From Psammoneis japonica (lineage: Eukaryota), in contig QPGO01000105.1 of NCBI GenBank assembly GCA_008632985.1, forward strand, positions 248,001 through 274,223: a DNA stretch of 26,223 bases, written 5' to 3'. A program made the position numbers and the translations under genes. Positions 1 through 11,900 of the stretch are shown in pieces (the stretch's first letter is position 1; each line of letters starts with the position of its first letter). The notes below the pieces were generated by a model. The model searched no databases. It was given only the letters and a program-made list of their open reading frames with translations, and was not told the DNA's origin.

Positions 1-2285
1 GAGAAAGGAGCTGTCGGCACTGGATTCATGAAGGCCATGCTTGAGTACGGAAATGCGACGCGTCAAAGGAAGGTTACTGGCCTGACGATCTCGCGTTTGC
101 CAACAAGGTGTTGCAGCCAGAATTGATGCAGAAGCTTGGATATTCCATTTTAAAAGAGGACGTGGAGAACGCTTCTTCTGAGGCTACCGAGAAGAAAACA
201 GTAAAGAGGCATCTCACTGTTGAGAACAAGACGGATGTTGTTGTCAAGGACCCTACGAATCTCACGAAAGAGCTAGCGGCGTTGTATCCGGAAAAGAGAC
301 GTCTCATTGGGATATTGGAGGATGCAGGATTGGCTCTCGAGGTGGATAAAGACGTAGTCCAACAACTTCCTATGGCGTCCGAGGTTTCCGCAATGTACGG
401 AGACAAACCTCGAGTTTTGGGTTTGGAGTACTGCAATGCCTTTCGCAAAACCGTACCCGTGGACAGCCGTCGACTTGGCGTTGCCGGTACCTTCAACACG
501 GGTACCAATTTGCTCTACAACCTTTTGGAAGCGAATTGCGAAGTGACGCAAGTACGTAGGGACCGCGGAATCATGTGGCAAGTGCCGTGGGGAAAGCACA
601 ACCCGCCCATGAATGAAACGTTTCGTTGGGAATACAAAACAAGAGGCACGGAGAATTTGAAGAACATTACGGAATGGTTACCGGCCGTGACGGTGCGGGA
701 TCCGTACTTTTGGATGAAGAGCATGTGTCGAAAGCCGTACAGTGTTTCATGGCATAAGTCCAAGGATCGTTGTCCGAACTTGCTTGATACTAGCATCAGC
801 AACAAGTCCATCCCTGTCCAGGTAAAATACAACAAGAATTGGGTTGTCAAACATGAGTCCCTTGCCCACTTCTGGGATGATTTCTACTCCCTTTATGTGA
901 ATGATCAAAGCTTTCCACACATTTTGGTACGTATGGAGGATTTGATTTATCACGCTCCAGAAACCATTGATATCATGTGCGACTGCGTCGGAGGCAAGAA
1001 GAAGGGAGATTTCAAGTATGCGGTCGACAGCGCCAAGGCGGATCACTTCGAGAAAGGAGCTGTCGGCACTGGATTCATGAAGGCAATGCTTGACTATGGA
1101 AATGCGACGCGTCAAAGGGAAGGTTACTGGCCTGACGATCTCGCGTTCGCCAACAAGGTGTTGCAGCCAGAATTGATGCAGAAGCTTGGATATTCCCTCT
1201 TGAAAGATGACGCGGAGAATAACACAGCAAGAAGTCATCTCGCTGTTGAGAACAAGACGGATGTTGTTGTCAAGGGCCCTACGAATCTCACGAAAGAGCT
1301 AGCGTCATTGTTTCCCGAAAAGAAGCGTCTCATTGAGATTTTGGAGGATGCAGGATTGGCTGAAGCTGTCGACACGGACGTTGTCGAGCAACTTCCAACT
1401 TGGTCCACGATAGTTGAACTGTACGGAGACAAGCCTCGCGTTTTGGGCTTGGAGCACTGCGAGCACTATCGCGAAATGGTGCACTTCGACAGGCGTCACC
1501 TTGGCGTTGCCGGTACCTTCAACACGGGTACCAATTTGCTCTTCAACCATTTGCAAGCTAATTGCGAAGTGTCGAAAGCGCGTAATCACGCCGGTATTAT
1601 TTGGCAAGTGCCCTGGGGAAAGCATAACCCGCCCCTAAATGAAACCATGCGTTTGGAATTTAGACCAAAAGGAATGGAGATCTACAAAAATGTTACGGAA
1701 TGGCTGCCGGTAGTCACGGTGCGGGATCCTTACTTTTGGATGAAGAGCGTTTGCAAAAAGCCATATGCATTAAGGTGGCCACGTAAGGAAGCTCATTGTC
1801 CCAATCTCATTGCTAATCGGCATGATCTGAATGTCAGTCGTGAGCTAGAGTTGCTCAAGCCGGTCCCAGTCAAGGCACACTACCTAAAGCACTGGATCAT
1901 TCCGTTTGATTCGCTGGCGCACTTTTGGAATGATTTTCATGAACGGTACCTCCATGAAAGCAGCTTTCCACGAATCATGGTGCGCATGGAGGATTTGATT
2001 TATCATGCCCACGAAACGGTTGGAACCATTTGCGATTGCTTCGGAGGCAAAATGGCGAATGCTTCTGATTTCAAGTACAAGTTGGAAAGCGCCAAGGCGC
2101 AACATCACGAAGACGGAACTGCTGCTACTGGATTCTTGAAGGCCATGATTCAGTATGGCAATACCACGCTTCGACTTGAAGGCTATTCGCCTGACGACCT
2201 TGTGTATGCAAACATGGCTTTGGATCCAGAACTGATACAAAAGTTTGGATACTCTTTTGTAAACGAAGAGGTCGCCCAGAGTTGA
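1..2285 (+). CDS. Protein with tandem P-loop sulfotransferase-like domains (5'-partial; two complete domains plus the tail of an upstream one; 1-bp frameshift near nt 70)
   Basis: ORF 108-2285 contains two copies each of GVAGTFNTGTNLL (5'-PAPS-binding loop-like), VTVRDPYFWMKS (3'-PB RDP..S-like) and VRMEDL (VRYEDL-like). Nt 1-69 encode EKGAVGTGFMKAMLEYGNATRQR, the same domain tail as at 1050-1118, so the gene starts upstream of the window. Confidence 0.8.
1..2285 (+). repeat. Intragenic tandem duplication, unit ~1030-1050 bp
   Basis: 1-170 matches 1050-1220 almost exactly. 210-760 matches ~1236-1760, with a ~24-bp linker indel before it. A third, diverged domain tail lies at ~2110-2260. Confidence 0.9.
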
Positions 2286-3304
2286 ACAAACAGCCCTCTC
2301 TCTACGTCTGAGGACAACTTTGAGTTGTTATTGTTGTCAAGGGACCTACGATTCTAATGAGAGATCTTGGCGCGGTTATTGTCAAGAAATGTATCGCATT
2401 GGTCTTTCTGACGTTCTCACCCTTTGCGCAATACAGTATACGGATGGCCACGATGTGAGCCGCTGCGTTTATTGCGATAGCCAAGGCAGAGTGTCGTCTT
2501 TTTGGACCCTTTGTTGAATCAGATTGTGGTATTGCAGTCGCCGCCGTCGCTTGTGTACGGTAGTCCAAATGTCTGATGTTGCTTCTTGGACGATATAGAA
2601 GAAGTGCCTTCTTCTTGTTGTCCGCTTTCCAGTGTGGTGAATGGAGTTTTTGATCTTTGTACACATGTGACTGCTTCGTGTTAGACGTTATTTCGAATGG
2701 TTTTGTAGATACTATAGCTTTTTTAGTTTGCCGCCTACCTACGTTTCAAATAGTTTCGAGTGCTGCTACTTACTGTACCTCGTGACCACGTCTGGCATTT
2801 TTTGTGAAGCTGCTACTAAGCACGAACAAACTGCCAGCACTATGATTATCTACTCTAGTACTATAAAGGAGAGAGACAGAAACCTCCTTTCGCGTCATTG
2901 AAAAACATGTAGGAGTTGTTCCTACCACGTGCAAGGCAGTGCTTTGTGTTTTTTGTAGCCTTAACTCTCGTCATTGCGGACCGTCGCAAAAAGTGAGGCG
3001 CCGCAAAGCAGAGCATCAACAGGCAGACCGTGCAACAAGCAGACTGTGACACTGTAAGTTAGACTGTGTGGGTGTGTCATGCATACCCTATTCCATCGTC
3101 GCTGAATTTTTTCGTTTGCCTTCCTTTTGTTTCTGCGCGGCCGACGTGGAGTGCTGTTGGCACCGCAGCGCAACCAGCATCGTGGGGCATTGCTGTTGTT
3201 ATTGTAGTGAATCGCTGTCGTTGTTGCCATAGCACACACAGAACTACTCTCGATATTACTCAACAGCTCTAGAGTAAACACACACACAAGCCATCTCTAT
3301 CATC

Positions 3305-5158
3305 ATGACGACACTATACGTTCGTTTGAGTTCAGGCACTCGCTTTTCCGTCGTGACGGACGTGCCGCTGGAAGAGTGTACCGTGTTGCAGTTGAAACAA
3401 CTCATACAAGAACAAGACGACGGTTGTGAGGTGGAACGTCAACGCTTGATTTACAAGGGACGCATCATGAGTGATGACGATCGTACCCTGAGTGATTATG
3501 GTGTCGTTGCCGAATCGACGCTTCATCTCGTCAAGAGCGCTGCTGCTTCAGGAGGAAGTGCTACGACTCGTACGACTGCAACAGCAACAAGCACTAGTAC
3601 TACGACGAGCAGCACTCCTTCTTCTTCTTCTGCTACTGCTTCTACTACTACTACTTCGCCTCCTGCCTTTCCAGGCATGTTTGGAGCTTCTAGTAGCAAC
3701 ATGGCAGCCATGCAACAAGACTTGATGCAGAACCCGGAACGCATGAGTGAAATGATGAATTCCCCAATCATGAATTCTCTCATGAACAATCCCGAATTGC
3801 TTCGCACCATGTTGGAATCCAATCCCCAAATGCGTGCTGCCATGGATTCCTCTCCGGAATTGAGAGAAATGCTCAACAATCCCGATGTATTACGACAGAG
3901 TATGGAAATGATGCGCAACCCCAATGCCATGCAACACTTGATGCGTTCGCAAGATTTGCAATTGTCGCAACTCGAAAACATGCCGGGTGGATTTGCGGCA
4001 TTGTCGAGCATGTATCGGAATGTACAAGAACCCATGATGGATGCGGCGGCGGGTGCGGGTAGTAATGAGAGTACTACTACAAGTTCCAATACGAATGCAG
4101 CAGCGGCTGCGGCTCCGGGTTCGGCCATGCCCAATCCGTGGGCAAGCTCTACTAGTAGCAGTAGGAGTAGTACTGCTGCGAGTGCTGCTGCTTCTACAAG
4201 CGGCAGCAATGCCAATGCGGCTAATCCTTTTGCTGCTTCGGCTGGTACCAATCCGTTTGCAGCTTCGGCTGGCATGAATCCGTTTGCTGCAGCGTCTGCT
4301 GGTGCTTCCAATCCCTGGGCACAACAACAGCAGCCTTCTCTGGAACAAATGGAACAAACGTTGCAACTCATGGAAAACAATCCCGCCATGAGGCAAATGA
4401 TGGATCAATTGTTATCGGATCCGCAGTTTGTTCAGCAAGTCATTGCCAGCAATCCAGCCTTGCAACAGAATCCCATGGCGGCCCAAGCCCTCCAACAACA
4501 TCCCGAAATGATTCGCAATTTATTCTCCAATCCCCAAAATTTACGAGCCATGATGCAAATGCAAAACGCCATGAATACGTTACAACAGGGTGGAGTAATG
4601 TTTCCTGGAAGTAATAATAGTGGAATGAGTGGTAGTGGTGGTAATATGGGTACGAGTGGTGCTAGCAATGCCAATCCAAGCAATGCTGGCGCGAGTGGTG
4701 GATTGGACTTTTCGTCCTTGTTGAATCAACAATCGTCGTCGTCGTCGTCGTTTGGCGGTTCAGCTCCTCCGTTTGGTGCTGCTGTACCACCCTTTGCGTC
4801 GTTTCAAGCTCCTCCCCAACAACAGACACCACAAGAACGTTTTCGTGTACAGTTGCAATCGTTAAACGACATGGGTTTCCAAGATGAGACGGAAAATATT
4901 CGTGTTTTACAACAATGTCATGGCAATGTCAATCGTGCCGTGGATGTGTTAATCATGGGAAGCAGTACTACAGAGGAGGAGGAGACTACTGGTACTGCTG
5001 CTGGTGCTGATTCTTCTACTATTGCAGCGGCGACTAGCAGCAGTCAAGACAACGCCAATGCTCCGGCTGCTACAACTAATCAAGAAGAAAAGAATGACGA
5101 GCAACCACCGGTGAACAATGACAAACCCAAGGATAGTGTCGACAAGAAAAACGACTGA
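3305..5158 (+). CDS. DSK2: Ubiquilin/Dsk2-family ubiquitin receptor (UBL - STI1 repeats - UBA), 617 aa
   Basis: N-terminal UBL (TVLQLKQLI..RQRLIYKGRIM.DD.TLSDYGV...STLHLVK), Met/Asn/Pro-rich STI1 repeats (MQNPE, MNNPELLR, LSQLENMPGGFAAL), PNPW motif, and C-terminal UBA (PQERFRVQLQSLNDMGF.....NIRVLQQCHGNVNRAVDVL). Single uninterrupted ATG-TGA frame. Confidence 0.95.
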   Translation: MTTLYVRLSSGTRFSVVTDVPLEECTVLQLKQLIQEQDDGCEVERQRLIYKGRIMSDDDRTLSDYGVVAESTLHLVKSAAASGGSATTRTTATATSTSTTTSSTPSSSSATASTTTTSPPAFPGMFGASSSNMAAMQQDLMQNPERMSEMMNSPIMNSLMNNPELLRTMLESNPQMRAAMDSSPELREMLNNPDVLRQSMEMMRNPNAMQHLMRSQDLQLSQLENMPGGFAALSSMYRNVQEPMMDAAAGAGSNESTTTSSNTNAAAAAAPGSAMPNPWASSTSSSRSSTAASAAASTSGSNANAANPFAASAGTNPFAASAGMNPFAAASAGASNPWAQQQQPSLEQMEQTLQLMENNPAMRQMMDQLLSDPQFVQQVIASNPALQQNPMAAQALQQHPEMIRNLFSNPQNLRAMMQMQNAMNTLQQGGVMFPGSNNSGMSGSGGNMGTSGASNANPSNAGASGGLDFSSLLNQQSSSSSSFGGSAPPFGAAVPPFASFQAPPQQQTPQERFRVQLQSLNDMGFQDETENIRVLQQCHGNVNRAVDVLIMGSSTTEEEETTGTAAGADSSTIAAATSSSQDNANAPAATTNQEEKNDEQPPVNNDKPKDSVDKKND

Positions 5159-5466
5159 GCAGGTCTTCAGTTTGTGTAAAAGTATAGTGGTAGTTGCATG
5201 GACAATAATGGCATTGCCTCTAGTCCTCTCGTATGACATTGTGTGCATTTCCACACGATTTGGAATATCAAAACACTCTCCGCACGTTGTTTTTGTCGTC
5301 ATTGCACTCTGGCTTGCATCACCACAAGTCATCAGCGTTGCATTCAAGACATCCTTCTGAGTCGGCACCCTTGCCTCTCTTGTCGCAATTTCTTTCTGTC
5401 GAAACAAATCACCTTGTCATGCCATTTTGCCATGTCCTCATGTGCTTTTACAACAACAGCACACTG

Positions 5467-5890
5467 AAGGCCACGTCATTGTTGTCCATGTAACTTCCAC
5501 CACACTTTGACACAAAATGAAGAGCTGTTCAATTGTTTTTCTTGTCGACACTGTCCTTGGGTTTGTCATTGTTCACCAGTGGTTGCTCGCCATTCTTTTC
5601 TTCTTGATTGGTTGCATTGGGCGGAGCATTGGCATCATCTTGACTGCAATGTCGTGGCAATGTCAATCGTGCCGTAGATGTCTCAATCATGGCAGGCAGC
5701 AGTGCAGAGGTGGAGGAGACGGGCGCTGCTGCTGCTGCAGCGGCGACTGGCAGCAGAGTGTCTTGAATGCAATGCTGTTGACTTGTGGCGATGCATGCAA
5801 GCCAGAGAGCAATGACGACAAAAATGACGTGCTGAGAGTGTTTTGATGTTTCAAATCCTGTGGAAATGTGCACAATGTCATGCAAGAGGA
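5467..5890. pseudogene. Scrambled, degenerate duplicate of the ubiquilin 3' CDS and 3' flank
   Basis: 5467-5647 is an inverted copy of ~5040-5220. 5650-5757 is a direct copy of ~4916-5043 with an internal deletion. 5757-5890 is an inverted copy of ~5224-5352. Confidence 0.85.
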
Positions 5891-5894
5891 TGAA

Positions 5895-6970
5895 TGGAGC
5901 TGCTGATTTTGCAGGAACTCAATTGAAATGTTGTCTGATCAAAGGTGTGGTTTCATGACACCCTTCTCACATGCTGTGCTGAAACACCTCCCAACCCAAC
6001 CCAGGAGTGTGATGGATGCGGGCACAAATTTTCCACACAACATGTGCTGGAGTGCCAAAAAGGCGGCCCAGTCATCTCTTGACATGACTGAGTCAGAGAA
6101 GAGCCAGCTGACATTTTTGGCAAATCCACCAAGCCCTCTTCAGTGCACGACAAACCTTCAATTGACCCTGGCCACAACTCAAGGAGCTCAGTGGACAGCA
6201 CTGAGAAGAGTGAGAGCAAGCCAATGTCTCCAAGACCCTTCGCAAATCAAAAGATGGTGACAGAGGCAACATTCTGGCATGAGGTTGGGTGGCAAACATT
6301 GACTGGTGCCATTCTTGATGTTCGAGTCACAGACACGGTTGCAAAATTGCATCACTCAAAATGTCCAGAGAAAGTCCTGGATGGAAGCCCCCCATCCCCC
6401 CATGAGATGGAGAAGAAGTGTGGGTGCCTCAAGCCATGCCTTGACCAACAACGACACCCCCACTTTTCACCCTTTGGTCCTTGCACATTGAGCGGTGGGT
6501 CAATCAGAAAAGAGGCAAAAGCCACCCTGCACGCAATTGTGCGCGCGCTGCACAAACCAGTTTCTTCAGCGGTGCGCTGCAAAAAAGAAATGTTTTGACT
6601 CACACGGTGAAGAGAGGTGCCTTTGATTAGATGACATTTCAACTGATTTCCTGAGAAGTTGACACTCACACATGGATGGACAGGCAGACTGACAACAGTT
6701 GTTTCTGGCTGGTGCAAATTCTGTGCATGACTCTGAGAGCCGCGGCGATGATTCCAGCAGCAGAGGAGGGCCTCTCTGGCTCCTGGAGTGGAGGCACAGA
6801 GGCGTGCAACTGGTTGATGATGCAAGGTCTAGCTTGACAAGACTCAAAGCTCTTTGGAAAATTGTGAGAGACTTGGAAGGGCTCGCTGATGGAGAACCCA
6901 TTCCAATGTCTCCGCAAGATCTGTCTGACACGTTGACAGTCAGAGCACGGACGACTGTTCCATTCAGCTG
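5895..6970 (+). mobile_element. Degenerate non-LTR retrotransposon remnants (C-terminal CCHC knuckle + restriction-like endonuclease, CRE/R2-like)
   Basis: Frame-broken translation gives CDGCGHKFSTQHVLECQKGG (CX2CX8HX3C knuckle), RGNIL, ILDVRVTD, EKK..LKPCLDQQRH.FSPF and IRKEAKATL, matching the RLE-type non-LTR C-terminus. A second RGD..WSGGTE-like fragment lies near 6740-6860. Confidence 0.7.
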
Positions 6971-7210
6971 AGAGTGATCCACTGTCTGCCTCCCGAAAAG
7001 GCATCGACGAACCTGCGTCAGCATTCCTGTCTGTCTGCCCGCTGAAATCAATGCCTGCAGATGCCAATGAGAAAATGATTTGAATTCAAAGGGGTTGCTG
7101 CCCTGTCAGTTAGCTGCAGTCATCATTGCCTCCCCATCTCATCTGCTGTTTTTTGCGCTGTCATTCATCTGCTTGTTGTTGCCTTTGCAAGTTGTTTCAA
7201 TCTAACAACC

Positions 7211-8522
7211 ATGTCCGTTGCCCCACCTGCTGTTGACCTTGCAACTGACGGCTGGCATGATGACAACAATGGCAATGATCTGCCAGCCTTTTTGCGCAGA
7301 GTTGCTGACGACGACGATGATGATGATGAGGATGATGTGCCAGCTCTTTTGCGCAGAGTTGCTGATGACGACGACGATGATGATGATGAGGAGGACGATG
7401 ATGAAGAGCAGCAGCCTGTTGATGAAGAGCAGCAGCCTGTGGATGTCTGCAATGCATCGAACATTTTAGATGCTGTCTTCTGTGGTCTTGACGATGATTG
7501 GTCTACTCCCATTGTGTTTCCCATCTCTGTTGTCCATTCCAAAGGCGATCCACCCTCTTTTTTCATGGACACCAACATGAGCGAGTTCCTTGGCAAAGAT
7601 GGGCCTGGCACTGCTCTTCATCGACACGCGCATGTCTGCTTTGACACAGCGAAGTGCCCCCCACTGCCCGCTTCTATAAAGCCTTTCTCCAAGGCTGACA
7701 CAAGCCATGCCACTTTGTCAGAGGATTTCTGAAAATGTGTGGCAAGCAATGGCTTTGAGGCAATTTCCAATGGTGGTGGCCGCATCATCTGTTCCTGCCA
7801 TGTCCCGCACTGCCAGAAACCCAAAAGACGCGATGCAACAGTTCCCTCAACATCACACAGGAAAACATCCCTTCGTGATGATCGCTGTCGCAACAATCGC
7901 AAACACGGCAACAAGAAGCATCCTCGACAGCAGCAGACAACCAAGGCCCCAAATCTTGAGGACACGTGTGGTTGGAACATTCGCATCCAAGCTGACGCTT
8001 TTGGGCATTTCTTCAAGTGTGGCACTGGCCGTGGTTTTCATTGTAATCACCACCAACGACTTCCCGAAGAGATTTCCAAGAAGATTCGTCACCTGAGTTC
8101 ATCCACCCTCTTGTCTATGAAGCGAATGAGAAAGGGTCGCTTGGGGGCAGGCCATGCATGCAACTGCATTCTTGCCAATGAGGAATGCTTCCTGTCAAGG
8201 CAGCAGGTTCGTTGCGTCATGCGACAGGCTGACAAGGAAGAGTTAACCCCATTCCTACCCTCTTCTGAAGACACCGCTTTGGATGACAGCATCCTGGAGC
8301 TTCAGAGGTTTTTTCAGAGTCGTGAAGACATTGAATGCTCTGTTCTTGCAAGTGGAGCTAACGCTGTGCAGACGCCAACCCGGGAACGCAACCTGCGTTT
8401 CCAGTCCTCGTTGCTTTTCAATGAATCTCATGTCAATGGAGAAAGGGAGATCCAGAACCTCGAGGAACTTTGTTCCGAGGTGGTCGACCAGTGCAGGCGT
8501 GAGAGGGAAGCCGCCCAGCTTG
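7211..8522 (+). pseudogene. MULE transposase copy 1, N-terminal part (acidic repeats + FAR1/WRKY-like Cys/His DNA-binding region)
   Basis: ATG 7211 (MSVAPPAVDL). Premature TGA at 7730 (CGA in copy 2). Motif TCGWNIRIQADAFG.FFKCGTGRGFHCNH. Collinear with copy 2 up to the LTR insertion at ..GCCCAGCTTG. Confidence 0.75.
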
Positions 8523-8889
8523 TGCAGCATGCGACTGTTGTGTGCATGTTTATGATTGCACATTATTTGTGTGTCAATCGTACCACAGTCGTGGATGCGT
8601 ACAAAGGACAGAACGATCACACAGAGTTGATCGGATGTCGAGAATTGCAAATACGATCGATTGACGATGTTGACATCTTGCGTGTCAATGGCAATCGTAT
8701 CCGGACAATCTGTTGTCACGAATATATTCTCCGAAAGGCCTTTTGTCTGTAGAAGCAGTGCAGAAGCTTTAGGCCATTGAGAACTCGTTCGGAGAAACCA
8801 AAAATCACAGAGCAAAATTTAATCTCATAATTTCCACTTTTCGTACACTATTCTACTTTCGTTTACACTCGTTCTTCGAGCATAGTGCA
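8523..8889 (+). repeat. 5' LTR (367 bp, TGCA...TGCA)
   Basis: Direct repeat of 12882-13248 with TG...CA termini and an imperfect 10-bp terminal inverted repeat. Confidence 0.93.
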
Positions 8890-8943
8890 TTGTGCATACA
8901 CACCACAGAAGGTAAAAAGCACGGAAAATGAAAATTTTAACTA

Positions 8944-11900
8944 ATGTGCCTTTGCAAATTCTTCTATGAACAGGAACGAATCGCATCAGTTCTGCTGGAA
9001 TCGATTTCCGAGCGGAAGAAGCTCAAGCCGAGCAGTGCCTCAAGATGGAACGCTGTTTTTCGTCTACCAGACAAAAGGATTCGCTCTAATGCGGTCTGTT
9101 CCAAGTGTCTCAGGACCAAGGACTCTACAAGAACACAGCATTGTCGAAACATCCACACCAAGTCATGGTTGGGTAGAATTTCAAGTCTTGAGTCGATCAG
9201 ATCCGAGAAACACGTCTGCCATGCAAGGAGAGACTATTGGAGAGTTTTTTGAGACCGAATTGATGATCCTCGAGTCCAAGGAGCAAGAGGGAATCGTTGG
9301 AAAGTACCTCAAGCGTCTCACAACACATGTCCTCCGAGGAAATGCACTTCAGAATCAGGGAAATTATTTTCGAGACGACCTGAAGAAACCAGAGCTGCTT
9401 GACAGCGAGAAAGCCTCTGATAGACCCAAGAGGTCAATGATGAGAGTCCACGCGACCCTCAGATGGATTCTAAGTCGAATCTAGCGGGAAACCGAGCGCT
9501 GATTTATCAGCTATCACTCGCACCGCAAGGATGGCAGCATCAGTCTACTGTCCAAAACAATCAACCATTGCAACTCATCCTTGATGAACTGATTAAGTTT
9601 TGAGTCATCTAAAGGTCGTTCATGACGTCCGTGACGAAAAAACATGTCAACTCAGGCTCTGATAGCGCAGTTGGTTCCAAAATAAAAAAGGTTCCAAATT
9701 TGGTTCCAAAAATGGTCTCCCATATGGTACCACCACAATCCAAAGTGAATGAAAGGTCCAATCTTTGAAAAAAGAATACCTGCATCACGGATTAAAGCCA
9801 TTCTGAAAATGAATTAGCGAAAGAGTGCAAGGGTGGCTCTAAAAGAGACCCAAAAATACGACGCTCTAAATGGCAATCGCACGCGAACGTGACGAGAGCA
9901 GAAACACCTCTGTGAAAGAGGAATTGAACTGAACTATGAACTAGGCAGTTCACAAAAACAATTAAAGCGAGTTCCTCGATAAAGGAACGTAAAAATAAGA
10001 GCGAAAATTAAGACTCTAAAACGCTTAACGAATGAAACTGTCAATTTAGAAAAATTGACCCGATCGAGTCCGATCAAAAAATCACACCGCTCAAGGAGCA
10101 CAACGCGTTACAGGACGTCTGGAAACCCAGAAAAAGCATCACAGTATGTTGTACGAGTCCTATTCTCGCTGTCCACATGACTGCTTCTCTGAGAAAAGCA
10201 AAAAATAAGCTTCTACGTGTTCTCTCGATAAAGAACATCGTCAGCCCATGATTTTACGCAACATCATGCGAAGGTTGAGAACCAAAAAATCCGCCACCAA
10301 AAACTTGGGAAACCAAGGGTGAGCTCTTTACGACTGACAGTAAACACCGAATTCAGTTCTCACTGTGCGAAATTTAAGGCACACTGATGTTCAAACAGTG
10401 TGTGTTGAAAACACTAAATTTTCTTCAGGTTCAAATGATGTGATCATGGGACGCGACTTAATGTCCAGTCCTACAAGTCACATTGGACTACGCAAATGAA
10501 GAAATCTAATGGGAAGAAGCAATTACCTTATGAAGAATGTTCACACACTCTTCGATGCCGATGTTTTCAAGCTGAAAACCGATCACATTGAAAAATGTGA
10601 CGCCGTGAATAGAGTTAATAACGGAACCAATGGTCCTCGACTCACATTGTCACGCCATCGATCTTAATCAAGTGACAACTACGGCGATGCATCTAACCCA
10701 AATGAACACAACCAACTCAATCTTCTTCTTAAGAGGTTGAAATCGTTTTGAAAAGTTCCTCAGACGAATGCATGGGAAGCATCAGTGGATCTCATCGTGG
10801 AAAATCTGACGCGATTCCACGACGCGTGAGAACCTTCTCCTATCATAGTCTTTGGAGGCGTCCAATCAAAAGGAGTTTGACCTATTATGAAAGATTGAAG
10901 TCTTAAGAATGAAATTACTCTGAACAAGTCGCTCTGAGACTCATTGTCCAAAGAAAACAGGTCGAGTTCGACCGCATCCGACACTCAGAAGCTTAGTATA
11001 AGGTTCATACAGGTGGTGTATCCTTTACCCAATATTCAGGAAATACTATTGAAGCAAGAACGTTTCATATATGCAATCTATTTGATTCAAACATGGAATG
11101 CCACCATGTCAAATAAAAAAAGCACACGTCGTGCTCACACGAAAATCATGCCGTGGGGAGAAAATGAGTACTATGGACTTCCAATGAGAATCTATAGAGC
11201 CCCAGATATTTTTATACAACACTTGAGTGAACTCATAACAGGTTTGAAGTTGTCAGAACGACTATATGTGATCGTTTGTGCCTGACAAAAGTGACTTCAA
11301 AATATCACCTGTACAAGTAACAGCTTAATACGGCATTCAAACGACTAGAACAGTTGCTTAGAAGGTTAACAACAAAAGTCCTTCACTATTTAACTTGAAA
11401 TAAACTATCAAGACTTCCATACGTAACGATATGCAATCGATTACAAAGAAAATGGAGGCGATTCAAGCAATCGCAACACGAGAAAAACGTAAAGAACACT
11501 ACGACATCTCGTTGTCATACGTTACTATTATCGAGACATGTAGTCTCAACGATCTCCTGTACAATACTAGCCAAATTCACCTCAATAAAGGTCAAACGGC
11601 AAAAGTACAAGTACGGAACGAAAAGTCTCGGAAAATATGGAGCGTATCAAATCAAAAACTATATTGTTATCATACACGGATTTCAATATTATACGTTACA
11701 ACGGAAAAAAGAACTTCTGTCCATAGTGAAAACACTTATAAAATTCCGAAATATACTGTTTGGCCAACAGATTTATACATATACGGATCATAAGACACAA
11801 CGGACAAAGTCATACGTTGACAACTTCAGTCCCGAATTAGAATACAACGAGGGCAAGGCGAACATCGTCGCGATAGACGCGATCAGCCGACTTACTATAG

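Noticed and set aside
2302..3287. Short ORFs between the two host genes
   Set aside because: No recognisable motifs; consistent with 3' UTR and promoter sequence.
3523..4389. 288-aa antisense ORF over ubiquilin
   Set aside because: Shadow of low-complexity Ser/Ala/Thr/Gln codons.
7281..7445. GAT/GAC-rich repeats (and the 48-bp repeat at 18015) as a CRISPR-like array
   Set aside because: In-frame coding duplications with no unique spacers, in a eukaryotic context.
7739..8752. 337-aa ORF as an intact gene
   Set aside because: Chimeric: transposase up to 8522, then read-through into the 5' LTR. The same tail appears in ORF 12863-13111.
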